A DNA stretch of 64,000 nt from Octopus sinensis (Eukaryota), in NCBI RefSeq assembly GCF_006345805.1, contig NC_043005.1, positions 76,508,001 to 76,572,000 of the forward strand, written 5' to 3'. Each line of letters starts with the position of its first letter. The first letter of the stretch is position 1. This document shows, piece after piece, positions 15,094 through 27,162 of this stretch. A program made the translations under genes and the position numbers. The notes under the pieces were generated by a model. The model had not been told where the DNA came from and did not search any database. It saw nothing but the letters and a program-made list of their open reading frames with translations.

Positions 15094-15739
15094 TTATACT
15101 ACGTATAAACTAAGTAGCTATGATATATCGTGTTCGAAAAACTTAAAGTCAGTTGATTAAAGTGACTTTATTCAACTGAACGTTGCTAAAAAGGTTTTCG
15201 TCTGGCTCCTATATATTTTGTATTTTTAAGCACAGTACTCCATAAGAGATATAAATGATAGCTTTTCACTCACTGACCATTACTGAATGTCAGTAACGCC
15301 CGTGTATGAGTTTATTGCACATACGGTCGGCTTCACTCTGTTTCGCGCCTTCAGCTTCTATGCTCACCGCGGGGCTCTCCTACTTAATCGAACATGAGAA
15401 ATTCAACCTAAAATCTGAGGTCCAATAAAGCTTCCACCCCACCCCACAGATCCTCTCTACCCTACTGATACTGTCTAGAGAGAATCTGGGGCAGGATATC
15501 CAATACCCATATGGGTTGCGGGCCCAGGAATGTAGGAGCACCACGATCTTCGTCGCAAGCAAAAGATCTCCAAAATGTTTAATACCATTCCATGCCTATT
15601 TAGTTTTATATCAGAATGATCTTCTCCTAGAGTTATGCTTTAGCAAAAGCCATAGGGTGCTTGATTCCCGTTGGTCTTCAAGCATACCGGACACCATCCC
15701 GGGATTTCTGAGGGATTCCTGTAAGAGATATACATACAT

Positions 15740-15923
15740 AATTATGTTATGTTATGGCTGACCCCTCGTTATCGAGTATGTCCATTGCATGAAGCTTAAC
15801 TGTTACTGGTGCTGTGATCGAATGTGACTTTTTAGCCCAGCTAAAGATCTACAATGTCTTGTACAAAATTGGCAACTAAAGCCTTTACCGGTAATAGCCG
15901 ATGCAAAGGTACATGAAGCCCAG

Positions 15924-15925
<2 letters not shown>
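15740..15925 (-). mobile_element. 3' fragment of an RTE-like LINE (C2H2 finger and short-repeat tail)
   Basis: FSCQFCTRHCRSLAGLKSHIRSQHQ*, then a short UTR ending (ATAAC)n. Confidence 0.62.
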
Positions 15926-15974
<49 letters not shown>

Positions 15975-16278
15975 CATGCAAACATACACACACATACAAA
16001 CATAAATATACATACGTGTATTCATACACATATATACACATATATACAAATATATACATATATACATATAGATATTAGTTTATTATGTAGAAAATGAAGA
16101 ACACTAAGGAAAAATAAGAAGAGATTCGTATCGTGGTTAAAGAAAACAGTTCATCTTTATTTTTTCTCGTATCTCTGACAAGTTAAGACATTCTATCAAT
16201 TCTTCTTGTATTGAAATAAAATCAGCCTTCTCACAGCTTATATATGAAAGTATCAAGGCGGCGAACTGGCAGAAACGT

Positions 16279-17982
16279 CGGTTGTGTTTTTTTCGGCTCG
16301 TGAAAATTTGTAAAAAAGAACAAAAGTGGGAAAATTGTTGTTGTTGTGGAATTTTGTACTTTTGTTGATGCGGTTTCGCGTTACACTGTTTCTACGCGTT
16401 ACACTGTTTCTGTTCGGGCGACCGTTTTCGGCCTGTCAGACAGAGGGAAATGGACGACCACTCCCTAGTGGAGGAGTCGGAGGAGGAATGGATATTTGAG
16501 AACTTGTCGGAGACATCGACCTCTGAAGACGAGCAAATCGGTGATGTAAATAATGTGGAGATAAAAAACAGGAAAACGTACGCAGGAGTTGCAAAAAGAA
16601 GACTGCACAGGAAAAGGAAATAAACCTAGAAAAATTGCCAGGTTTCCACAGGTATATGAGGAAGGACAGCGGTGAGGTCGAACTGGCACCACCACCAAAG
16701 AGAAAGGAATGGTACGAGAAAAGGACCATCATATACAGGGTGTTCGCAAGCGAAAAGAAAAAGATAGAAGTGGTGAATATGGAGTGGATAAATGAGGCGC
16801 TAAGAAGAACGGAAGAGGAAATCGAATTTCTGTCAAGAGGTTCAAAATATGGTACTGTAGTAGTACAGTTCAAAAGTGAGAAGGCAGCAAGGAAGATGGC
16901 GGCGAAGGCGGTGAAATCCGAGAAGGTAATACTTTTGCCTACGTATTTAAATAGAAAAATCACAAGAGTAAGGGTCGAGGGAATACCCCCAAACGTTGAA
17001 GCCGAGTGGATTGTGGCGGCTGTAATTAGCGGCCACGTGGATGAAGTGGACATTCTCCATGCCTCGGTTAAGACCGAGGGCTGGAGAGGCGTGACAGTGG
17101 AACTGAATGTGCAGGCAGAGAACGAGGTACTGGTGGACCTAACAGAAAACATCAGATTGGGAGACGTGATCATGAGAGTGTGGGTGGAGGGCAGGGCGCC
17201 CAGGTGCTATAAGTGTGGCCTGAGGGGTCACATAAGAGCCTACTGCCCTCCCCCACCAAGGGAAAAGGAAATCGTTGCGGAACCCCCAAGGGAGGAAGAA
17301 AATAAAGAAAAAGAGATCCAGACAGAGAAGGAAACGACAGAAGAAGAGGAGATCCAGCAAGAGTGGGAAGAAGGAAGGAAAAAAAGAAAGAGAAGAAGGA
17401 GAAAGGCAAACAACACGGTACACCAATCCAACCCAACACCACCCACACCCTCTGAGTCCCACCCTATCCCTGCAGACAGTGAACCCACCCGCTCCCCTCC
17501 AACAAGAAAACAAAAAAGTAATACACACAGACAAGAGACTGAAACCGAATCCGGGCGCTTTGTTCTGTGTAGGTTAAAAAAAGAAAGAGAGGACATAAAA
17601 GACATATTAGAGGGTTATCTAGGGTATGAAAAGGGGGACTGGAAATATGCAATGGTGAAGAGGGAAGAAATGGATGAACTGTTAGTGAGGTGCGAAAATA
17701 GAAATGTGAAAGTGGAGGAGAGGGTAGTTGGGGATAATACAAAGAATGAGTTTAAAAAAAGATATGCGATGGACTTGGAGAATATGTATATTGTAATTGG
17801 GGAGAACAATGGATGATAGGGTACGAAGGACAGGTAAGTGATGCTAGCGGATGGGGCCGTTAGCATCACTTTCATAATATCATTTTCAAAATTCATTTTT
17901 CATTCTTTGTAATTGTGATGTTCTATGTCCCCAATGTTTGTAGTGTCCCCTCTGTGTAGCCCCTCGTGAGTAATAAAGAAAT
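16279..17982 (+). mobile_element. ORF1-only non-autonomous L1/Tx1-type retroelement inserted in a SINE head
   Basis: 9-bp TSD CAGAAACGT at 16270-16278 and 17983-17991. Single gag-like ORF, no RT. 3' end TGTCCCCTCTGTGTAGCCCCTCGTGAGTAATAAAGAAAT. Confidence 0.85.
16450..17816 (+). CDS. ORF1/gag-like nucleic-acid-binding protein with CCHC knuckle (~455 aa if one frameshift at the A5 run 16593-16597 is repaired)
   Basis: ATG 16450 gives MDDHSLVEES...RKTYAGVAK, then shifts into the 393-aa ORF. RRM-like segments (GTVVVQFKSEKAA; RVRVEGIPP), CYKCGLRGHIRAYC, then acidic and basic tracts. Confidence 0.82.
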
Positions 17983-18870
17983 CAGAAACGTTAGACCGCC
18001 GGGCGAAATGCTTAGCAGTATTTCGTCTGTCGCTACGTTCTGAGTTCAAATTCTGCCGAAGTCGACTTTGACTTTCATCCTTTCGGGGTCGATAAATTAA
18101 GTACCGATGGCTTACTGGAGTCGATCTAACCAACTAATGCCCACCTCAAAAATTTTGGGCCTTGTTCCTAGAGTAGAAAAGTATATATGAAAATATCACC
18201 GTACGTGGAATCACGTAAGACCTGCTATATCTATTACCTATTTCAGAATGTCGAAACGTTTTCTTCTATTAATCATTCAATAAGACTGTACATTAATCTC
18301 TTTTATATTTTTGCTTCTTCTTTCTTTTTAATTATTGTGATCTTGTGTTGCTTTTTTAGACATTCTGGTAGTTTGTCGTGAGGCAGAATTACGTATGGTA
18401 GCCGTTGTAGATGTAAAAAATATAATGCATGTAAATAAAATATTAGAAGTTTAAACCTCCGGCCTTTTTTTACTATTGCTCTACAACAGGATATCGAAGA
18501 TATCCCCTCCCAGGAACTAATATTTGTGTTTGTATTTATTCCAAAGAACATTTTTCTTGGTAAAGATTGCATAATATATATATATGTGTGAGAGAGAGAG
18601 AAATTAGTTCAAGTAGAACATTTTGAACTGTTTTGGGTGTGTGTGCAAAAGTTAGATTTCTCATAAAGATTCTTCATAATTTGATTTAATTTTCCCATGT
18701 TTTCTTAAATGTCAGTATTATCATTCGAAACGATCGTATGGATTAGAAATTTATATAAAATTTTAACATCTTCTCTTCTCCATTTCTTTTTTAACCGTTA
18801 GTTGGGTTTATATAGGATTTTATCCTATAATACTCATAAGACATTTTTAATTATGTATATATATATACAT

Positions 18871-18986
18871 ATAAATGAAAGAATGGAGTTGAACGACGAA
18901 TTAACAAAATTCCTTTATTTTATATTCATGAAAATAAAATAAAGGAATTTTGTTCATTCGTCGTTCAACTCCGTTCTTTCATTTAT
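18871..18986. repeat. Near-perfect 116-bp palindrome
   Basis: ATAAATGAAAGAATGGAGTTGAACGACGAA...TCATGA...TTCGTCGTTCAACTCCGTTCTTTCATTTAT. Confidence 0.9.
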
Positions 18987-19204
18987 TTGTATTTAAAAAA
19001 GCACACAAATTTTCACACGATAGCACGTGATCTCTGCCCTAGGCATGTAGCTTCAACCGTATTTTTCTGACGTGAATTTGCTACCCAGGTATCGGTTAAC
19101 CGAATTATCCATAATAAGATAATTCACTCAACTACTCTATATATATACATACATATATGTGTGTGCGTATATGTATTTGTGTATATATATATGTGTGTGT
19201 ATAT

Positions 19205-19245
<41 letters not shown>

Positions 19246-20059
19246 ACAGGTATCGGTTATCTTTCGAATTATCCGTAATAAGATAATTCATTTATCTACT
19301 TCAGTAATTATATATATATATATATAATTCATATTCTATGCGTATTCTCTCTTTATAGGTGCATGTTGGTATGTATGTATATTCTGTTAGCTATAATTTA
19401 AGAATACGATAGTTAGTTTTGTTCTTAAAACTCTTAGTAATGTTTAAGAAAAACAATACATTCAATACTATTTTATGTTACACATATCTACATATTAGTT
19501 TTTTCTTCTTTTCTTTAATTCTAAATGTTTTGTTACAAAGACTAGACTGAACGCATTTCATTTTTCCTTCTTTGATTAGAAATTCTTGCTTCCTGTTCGC
19601 CACAATTTATCTTTCAAATGATTTTCTGCTTTGATTTTTTGTAAATTTTTGAAATATTTTTTCTACCATTTCCTATTTTCTTATCGTAAATGTTTGTATA
19701 TATGCTTTGTACCGACTTGTTGCGATCATTAAAATAAAAACACACATACATGCATACACACAAACACACATTCACAGAGTATCTTATATTGACTTTTCTA
19801 CCTTTTCGGGTACATGTTTAATTCCACATTTTAATTGAAGACTACAAATCACTTGAGTTCTTTATTCCATATTTTACTTCAAGTTATGTTTCTAAATTAA
19901 TATAATCACCATTTAAACCAGAGTTACGCAAGCGGGTTCCATATGGGCCTTGCTGATCCATAGAAGGTTCTTTGCTAAAACCTATCAGCAATCAATTACT
20001 TCTACTTCTACAATAAACCAAATATTCTAACATTTTTTAAAAATACAACTCCTAATAAT

Positions 20060-20225
20060 AGGCGTAGGAGTGGCTGTGTGGTAACTAGCTTGCTTACCAA
20101 CCACATGGTCCCGGGGTCAGTCCCACTGCGTGGCACCTTGGGCAAGTATCTTCTGCTATAGCTTCGGGCCGACCAAAGCCTTGTGAGTGGATTTGGTAGA
20201 CGGAAACAGAAAGAAACCTGTCGTA

Positions 20226-20269
<44 letters not shown>

Positions 20270-20497
20270 AATGTGTGTGTATATGTTTGTGTGTCTGTGT
20301 TTGTCCCCCCACCAACATCGCTTGACAACCGATGCTGGTGTGTTTACATCCCCGTAACCTAGAGGTTCGGCAAAAGAGACCGATAGAATAAGTACAAGGC
20401 TTACAAAGAATAAGTCCTTGGGTCGATTTGCTCGACTAAAGGCGGCGCTCCAGTATGGCCACAGTCAAATGACTGAAACAAATAAAAGAGGAAAGAG
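20060..20497 (+). mobile_element. tRNA-derived SINE family 2, full length with internal microsatellite
   Basis: Head GGCGTAGGAGTGGCTGTGTGG...GGGTCAGTCCC, central CCTTGGGCAAG, tail CAGTATGGCCACAGTCAAATGACTGAAAC. Other copies at ~1585-2510, 4460-4800, 5935-6390, 51990-52195, 52945-53090, 57895-58650. Confidence 0.88.
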
Positions 20498-20825
20498 GAA
20501 TAACTAAATACAAAAATATTTGAGGATTTTTAAACATCGAACGGTTACAAAGATCCACGGACTGAAATAAGAACCAAAGTGGGCCATAGACAAACAAAAT
20601 GGTTGAGAATCACTGATTTAAGCTGTTTTAGCTAACAGCAGTATATCATACTCAAGTGGGTACTAATATATTTTGTATATATATCGTAAACTTTTGAAAA
20701 AAATGTGCCCTCTTTCAAACGTTTCAGCTTGTTTTGAAAAGGGAAGTAAATTTTGGTGATGAAATTGCAAATAGAATTCAGAAATCATAGAATATTTTCT
20801 CTACGGTTTCAATGATGTATAAAAA

Positions 20826-21380
20826 TCTTTTCTACTATAGGCACAAGTTTTGTCGATTACATCGACATCAGTGTTCAGCTGGTACTTTTTTTTATCGACT
20901 CCGAAAGGATGAAAGGCAAAGTCGATATCGGCAGAATTTGAACTCAGGACGTTAAAGACGGACGAAATGCTGCTAAATTTTTGGCCCGGTGTGCTAACGA
21001 TTCTGCCAGTTCGCCTCCGTAACCATATATAAATAATCCTTCCTGCTATAGGCACATGGTTTGAAATTTTCAGGGAGGGGGCTGGTCGATTACATCGACA
21101 CTAATGTTCACCGCCTTTCCTGCCAGCTCGCTGTCTTCTCCGCCAACTCGCCGCCTATATACGTAATCATTTCTACTAAAGGCACAAAGCCTAAAATTTG
21201 GGGAGAGGGGACTAATCGATTACGTTGACCCCAGTTTCTATCTAGCACTTAATCTATCGACTCCGAAAAGATGAAAGGCAAAGTCGACCTCGGCGGAATT
21301 TGAACTCAGAACGTAGCGGCGGACGAAACACCGCAAAGCATTTCACCCGGCGTTCTAACAATTCTGCCAGCTCACCGCCT
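20826..21380 (-). mobile_element. Cluster of SINE family 1 tail-A copies and fragments
   Basis: Repeated GAAAGGATGAAAGGCAAAGTCGA...GAATTTGAACTCAG...CTGCCAGCTCGCCGCC on the plus strand. Confidence 0.8.
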
Positions 21381-21708
21381 TCTCCGCCAACTCACTGCCT
21401 TCTCCGTCAGCTCACCATCTATAAGTTAAGACACTAAAATATATTTACTTTAAAATTATGCATTTTTCCTGCTTTGTTGTTTGTCTAGGAAACATAGACT
21501 TTATATTCAAAGAAGCGCTGGATATATTTATGAAAATCAATTGGTAAGTGATAAGAACAATAGTTATAGAATGATTGTTTTCTTCACGGATGGATGCTAT
21601 TCACAAAAGCAGAGGAGAGCACCAAAAGATTCTAAATATTATAGATGAGAATCTGACCTGCTGTATAACGGTACGAAACAGATCATATTTTTGTATTATT
21701 AGGCATAC

Positions 21709-22254
21709 GCCGGGCGAAATGCTTAGCGGTATTTCGTCTGTCATTACGTTCTGAGTTCAAATTCCGCCGAGGTCGACTTTGCCTTTCATCCTTTCGGGGT
21801 CGATAAATTAAGTACCAGTTACGCACTGGGGGTCGATGTAATCGGCTTAATCCGTTTGTCTGTCTTTGTTCGTCTTCTCTGTATTTAGCCCCTTGTGGGT
21901 AGTAAAGAAATAGGTATTTCGTCTGCCGTTACGTTCTGAGTTCAAATTCCGCCGAGGTCTACTTTGCCTTTCATCTTTCGGGGTCGATAAATTAAGTACC
22001 ATTTACGCTCTGGGGTCGATATAATCGACTTAATCCGTTTTTCTGTCCTTGCTTGTCCTCTCTGTCTTTAGCCCCTTGTGGGTAGTAAAGAAATTGGTAT
22101 TTCGCCCGTTGTTAGGTTCTGAGTTCAAATTCCGCCGAGGTCGACTTTGCCTCTCATCCTTTAACTAAGTACCAGTGATACACTGTGGTCAATAAAAGCG
22201 ACAAGTCCCCTCATTACCCCACAAACATCAGGCCCTGTGTCTACAATAGAAAGG
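21709..22254 (+). mobile_element. SINE family 1 trimeric array (tail B, tail B, tail A)
   Basis: ~183-bp units joined at AAAGAAAT(A/T)|GGTATTTCG. TSD ATTA(T/C)TAGGCATAC at 21695-21708 and 22255-22268. Confidence 0.88.
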
Positions 22255-22714
22255 ATTACTAGGCATACATAGTGATATATATATAGTCTAAGTATTATTA
22301 CAGATCTCAGAGAACTAGAGAGTTATCTAGGATCTTTATCCATTAACATAGAGTGGCTTTTACGTTTATGAGAATTATTGGGAGAAAACAATTAGTAATG
22401 CTTGTTTCACGAGAGCTAAGCTGTAATTTGGGCACTATCATACTGAATGTAGTAAGCCAGTGAATCTAATTTATTCAAATTACATAGTTAATTATGAAAA
22501 CAATCATTTTAAATGAATAATTCAGGCTAGAAAACCACAGGGAAAACTACCTTTAAAATTTCAATTAAAAATTATGCTAACTTCCGACGCATGAAATGAA
22601 AATATGAAATCATTTTAGTCACTCGAGTTATAAATACAATTCTCTTAAAAGAGAGTGATAATTAGTAGAGACTTTAAAATGTTGAATTGAGTATTTGATA
22701 TATTAGAGATACCG

Positions 22715-23088
22715 AAGGCAACGAGCATGCAGAATCGTTAGCACGCCGGGAAAAAATGCTGAGTGGCATGTTCGTCCGCCGTTACGTTCTGAGTTCAAAT
22801 TCCGCCGCGGTCAACTTTGCCTTTCATCCTTTCGAGGTCGATAAAGTAAGTATCAGTTACGCACTTGGGTCGATGTAATCGACTTAATCCGTTTGTCTGT
22901 CCTTGTCTGTCCTCTCTGTGTTTAGTCTCTTGTGTGTAGAAAAGAAATAGGTATTTATTCCTTCTTTATGTTCTGAGTTCAAATACGCCTTTCATCTTTC
23001 TGTGGTCGATAAAATAAATACCAGTGAAACACTGGGGTCGATATAATCAACTTAACTTTCTCCCTTTTGCCAAAATTTTAAACCAGTA
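22715..23088 (+). mobile_element. SINE family 1 dimer (tail B then degenerate tail A)
   Basis: Junction AAAGAAATA|GGTATTT at ~22950. TSD TA(T/C)TAGAGATACCGAA at 22701-22716 and 23089-23104. Confidence 0.85.
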
Positions 23089-24404
23089 TACTAGAGATAC
23101 CGAAAAGTAATACCAATTTTCGTATAATGAGATCAAATTGGAATAAAATTTATCCTAAATATATTTCTTAACTCAACGTATAATCGCTCACGATCGTAAA
23201 GTCGAGGGTTCGATTCCCGGCAACGTTGTCTCCTTGAGCAAGACACTTTATTTTACGTTTATTTACAGTCCACTCAGCTGGTAAAAATGGGTAGTAGCTG
23301 TAATTTAAAGGGCCAACCTTCTCACATCCTCTGTCACGCTGAATCTCCTTGAAAAGTAAGTTAAGAGCACGCGTGTCTGTGGAGTGCTCAGCCACTTGCA
23401 ACTTTATTTCCCGAGCAGGCTATTTCGTTGATCGGATCAACTCGCCGTCGTAACCGACGGAGTGTCAGTTGGTTAAAAATGAATATAAATTACACAAACA
23501 TGAATACAAACAATCTACACACACACACACACACACACACAAACAAACAAACATGCAAAAACAACACACACTTATGTATACATATATTCGTTTGCGTTAC
23601 CTGAGTGTCTGTGGGCATCTCTAAGTATATCTCACTAATTGTGTGTGATTTCAGAATGTAGCTGTATATGGCTCCTTTCAAATAAGTGAGCAAGCCTTTC
23701 AGCTCACAAGTACGTAGAAGGGAATAAACGCCTACGCCTAACGGCTCATCGTGTATGGTTGTGCGTGCTACGTACAAGCTTGTTTGTTATTAGCATTTCG
23801 TGTCGCTAGATTCATATCCACCGTGAAGGATTGGCAGATATAAAATCCTTTTGATACGGGAGAAATTAATAATGTAGCAGTAATTAAATGGATTTCCGAC
23901 CATGTTTTGGCTATAAATCACTCTCATAATTTTTAGATACTTTCATAGTGAAGTAACCGCGGACACACTCACGCACATTCACACACATACTCTGCCTACA
24001 CACATATAAACAGAAATAAATATGAATAATTTTGTAAATGTTATGATCTTTGATATTAAAACATGATCTTCGTGCTTTTAAACACTACCTTCAAGATACA
24101 ATAGCTTTATAAATAACAGGAATGTAGCATCGGTCATATGTCTGGCATGACACATTCTAAAAGCAGTTAATGTAGTTTCCCCCTGTCGTCGCTAGTTGTC
24201 CAACGTGTCCTTTTTGCTGTTTAACCAACGTTAATTACAAATATAGCGATTCAGTCGAGTGTCATAATTCTCTGTAATATATCCTCTTAATATAGCTGAC
24301 TTTATGTCTTTTATCTTTTATCTTGTGCTTGCTTTAGTCATTGAACTGCGGCCATGCTGGGGCACCGCTTTGAAAGTTTCAGAACAAATTAACCTCGATA
24401 TTTA

Positions 24405-24546
24405 CATTACTTACATTCGACGGATATTTGTCCTCGTCTTGTTAGTTGTTAACACAACGCTTCGGCTGATATGCCACCCACCAGCCTTCATCGGGTGTCT
24501 TGAAGAAATTTCGAACCTAGGTACTCATTCCTAAGATATTTTTCGA

Positions 24547-24584
<38 letters not shown>

Positions 24585-24708
24585 TCACTGCTTGGAATCA
24601 AACTCGGAATCTTGTAGTTAGTAGCCCGCACCCTTAGCCACTACGCCATACACCCACGGGCATATGTAAATAATGTACATAATTCCTCATCGTTTAAATA
24701 TAGAACTA
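24405..24708 (-). mobile_element. tRNA-headed short retroposon carrying a hammerhead motif, inserted in a family 2 SINE
   Basis: 19-bp TSD with 1 mismatch, AAATTAACCTCG(A/G)TATTTA, at 24386-24404 and 24709-24727. Minus strand reads TGGCGTAGTGG (A box), GAGTTTGATTCC (B box), (AAT)n, then the hammerhead motif. Confidence 0.75.
24451..24499 (-). ncRNA. Type I hammerhead ribozyme-like motif with two core deviations
   Basis: GACAC-CCGATGA-A-GGCTG[loop]CAGCC-GAAG-CG-TT-GTGTT. Confidence 0.62.
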
Positions 24709-26274
24709 AAATTAACCTCGGTATTTATTTTAAAGCCTGATACTTATTGCATCCGTTACTTTTGCCGAAATGCAAGCGGTCGTCATACGGTGATACTAGT
24801 GATGATCATGGTCTGTTGACAAGCAGTGTTTAGAAAGGCAGGAACAGCTCATTTTGAGACATTGAGAATATGGAGGCTATGACAATGATCTTTGACATCT
24901 TCAATTTGGAGGACTTACCTGGGGCCTTCAGAAGGTGACAGGAACGCTACTGTAAGGTCATTGAAGTCAGAAGATCTACTTCAAAGAAGATTGGAGTTTT
25001 GTATTTCTCTGAAATCAATAAATGTTTCTCTTGAAAATGTCTCAAAACCTCTGGATTGCACCTCGTAACTTGATCCGAACCGTAGAACCATTAGGTTTGA
25101 ATATCTCCGCTTTAAAACTTCTAGCCGACAGCCGAATTTCTTATGACTGACGTAGTGAGTTCGATTCCAGGACCGGACTATGTGTTGTGTTCTTGAGCAA
25201 GACACTTTATTTTACTGTTATTCCAGTTCACTCAGCTGTAGAAATGAGTTGTGACATCACTGGTGCGAAACTGTATTAGTATTTGCTTTTCCGTTGGATA
25301 ACATCGGTTGCTTGGAGAGGGAAGTCTAGTATGCATGGGCGACTGCTGGTCTTCCATAAACAACCTTACCCAGATTGGAGCAGATCATTCTAGGTCCAAT
25401 CCCATGGTCATTCATGACCGAAGCGGGTCTTTACCCTTCATCCTTTTACCATATCACGAGCATTTCAGACGCACCCCAATTACAGCGGCGCATATTTAGG
25501 AAAACACATTACAGCTTACGCGTGGTAAGCTTTGCATATAAGCCCCAGAATTGGGAGGAGGTATGAAAAATTGTTTGCAAAAAGTACTTAAGAGCTTATA
25601 ATTTTGAGATGTCGATATTTTGACTATGAAAACATACTAATGTTTTTTTTAGTAACAAGAATAGTAGAAGGCAGTAATTTAGAGTGAGAAAACGAAATCA
25701 ATATACTTTTATAAAGCTTCACCGATAGGGGATAGAGTTTAAAACGACTGTATACATATAGTAGAAAAAAATCAATATCTTGACAATTATTTCACCTTTA
25801 TTGGTTATATATGCTACAAATGTAGACAAGAACTATATTCATTAAAAAGAAGAAACACGAATTAAAGAAAGAAATCAGAGAAGAGCATGATGGGAAATAT
25901 ATTTAGATTGTATACTTATTAAATGTTGGTCTAGCGAACAGGCAAACCGCTTCTCAGCTGGTCATCAGACCTGCTGAAAATAGCAGCTAAATCTGTACTA
26001 TGTTACATCTTACCGTCTTAAAAGAGGAAGGATAGGTAGGGTAATATAATCCTAGTTATACAAAAAGGATAGAATAGTGTCGGTTGCGAGCCTCTTGATT
26101 ATAGGATCATTCAGTCCGATCAAATATGGCTGAAAAGCACCAACAGAGACGTTAATGATAATCGAAACCGGAGTCATTAATAAGTGAACTTGCATAGATT
26201 TAGTAACCTTCGATGTGGAAGAAACGGGAAGGTTCTCCACGTGTAACAACCCACAGATAATTGACACCCTTCGT

Positions 26275-27162
26275 GGATCTTTTCAATTCTGAAGCCAGTT
26301 TTTTCAAATTTTTCCTACTGAACCAAACAATTTGAAACTTCGTATACTGGTAGAATGTGTCAAAAGTAAACTTAATTGTAAACTAGAATGAAAACGGAAT
26401 TGTAACTTCTAAGTTTAACGTTGTTTAATAATTAGAATTTTAACCAATGATATTCCGTCATTCGGCTTTATTTTATTTACTCCGTCTCGACCACCAATTT
26501 GGTGACGTATTAAACATCTTAAATGTAAACAAGCCGCATGTCTCCGTGAAATATCCTTCTAATTATTTAACGTACTCATGTTTCCAGGATCCTATAGTCA
26601 GCCACCTTCTAATAACAATATTTAAAACTAGTTAATAAGCCACATGTATTAAATTGAAAATGTTTCCATTCTGTTAGTACTTGCTTTCGTTTGCTATTAA
26701 GAAGTGGCATCTCAGTGACGAGGCTTCTAACAAGATTTCGTTTCTAAGCTAATGCGTTTCATTTCACTTATTGTATTTATTTGTGCAAAAGGCAAGAAAT
26801 TTAATATTAAAAAAGCAAAGAGCTGGCAGAAACGTTAGCACGCCGCGCGAAATGCGTAGCCGTATTTCGTCTGCCGTTACGTTCTGTGTTTGTTTACAGT
26901 TTTCCGAACGTTAGTACGTCACAAAAGCGCTTTCTACGTCACACTAATAGAATGCAGTCAAGTTTTACACATGAAAACAAACAATCTGATTGGTTAAAAT
27001 TCGCAGTTTTAATCTACGATTAAAGTCATAAAATAGATTTTTCTCAAATAAACTAGTTCCAACCTGTGTCTTGTTTTTCTAGACTCTATCAGCATACGAA
27101 GTTTCAGAATATTTAGTTAAGTAGAAAGATCTGTGGTCCTGGCTTCAGAATTGAAAAGATCC
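26275..27162. mobile_element. Non-autonomous DNA transposon with 24-bp TIR and 8-bp TSD (Merlin- or hAT-like)
   Basis: GGATCT(T)TTTCAATTCTGAAGCCAG at left and CTGGCTTCAGAATTGAAAAGATCC at right. Flanks CCCTTCGT / CCTTTCGT. Contains a SINE head at ~26820. Confidence 0.78.

Larger units (their letters stand above)
16255..18181 (+). mobile_element. tRNA-like SINE family 1, tail A; host copy split by the ORF1-only element
   Basis: Head AAGGCGGCGAACTGGCAGAAACGT resumes at ~17983 with TTAGACCGCCGGGCGAAATG...GAGTTCAAATTC. 17-bp TSD with 1 mismatch, TATATATGAAA(G/A)TATCA, at 16239-16255 and 18182-18198. Confidence 0.88.

Noticed and set aside
16436-17896. Antisense and alternate-frame ORFs over the ORF1-only element (and over the LINE ORFs)
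   Set aside because: Shadows of purine-biased coding sequence.
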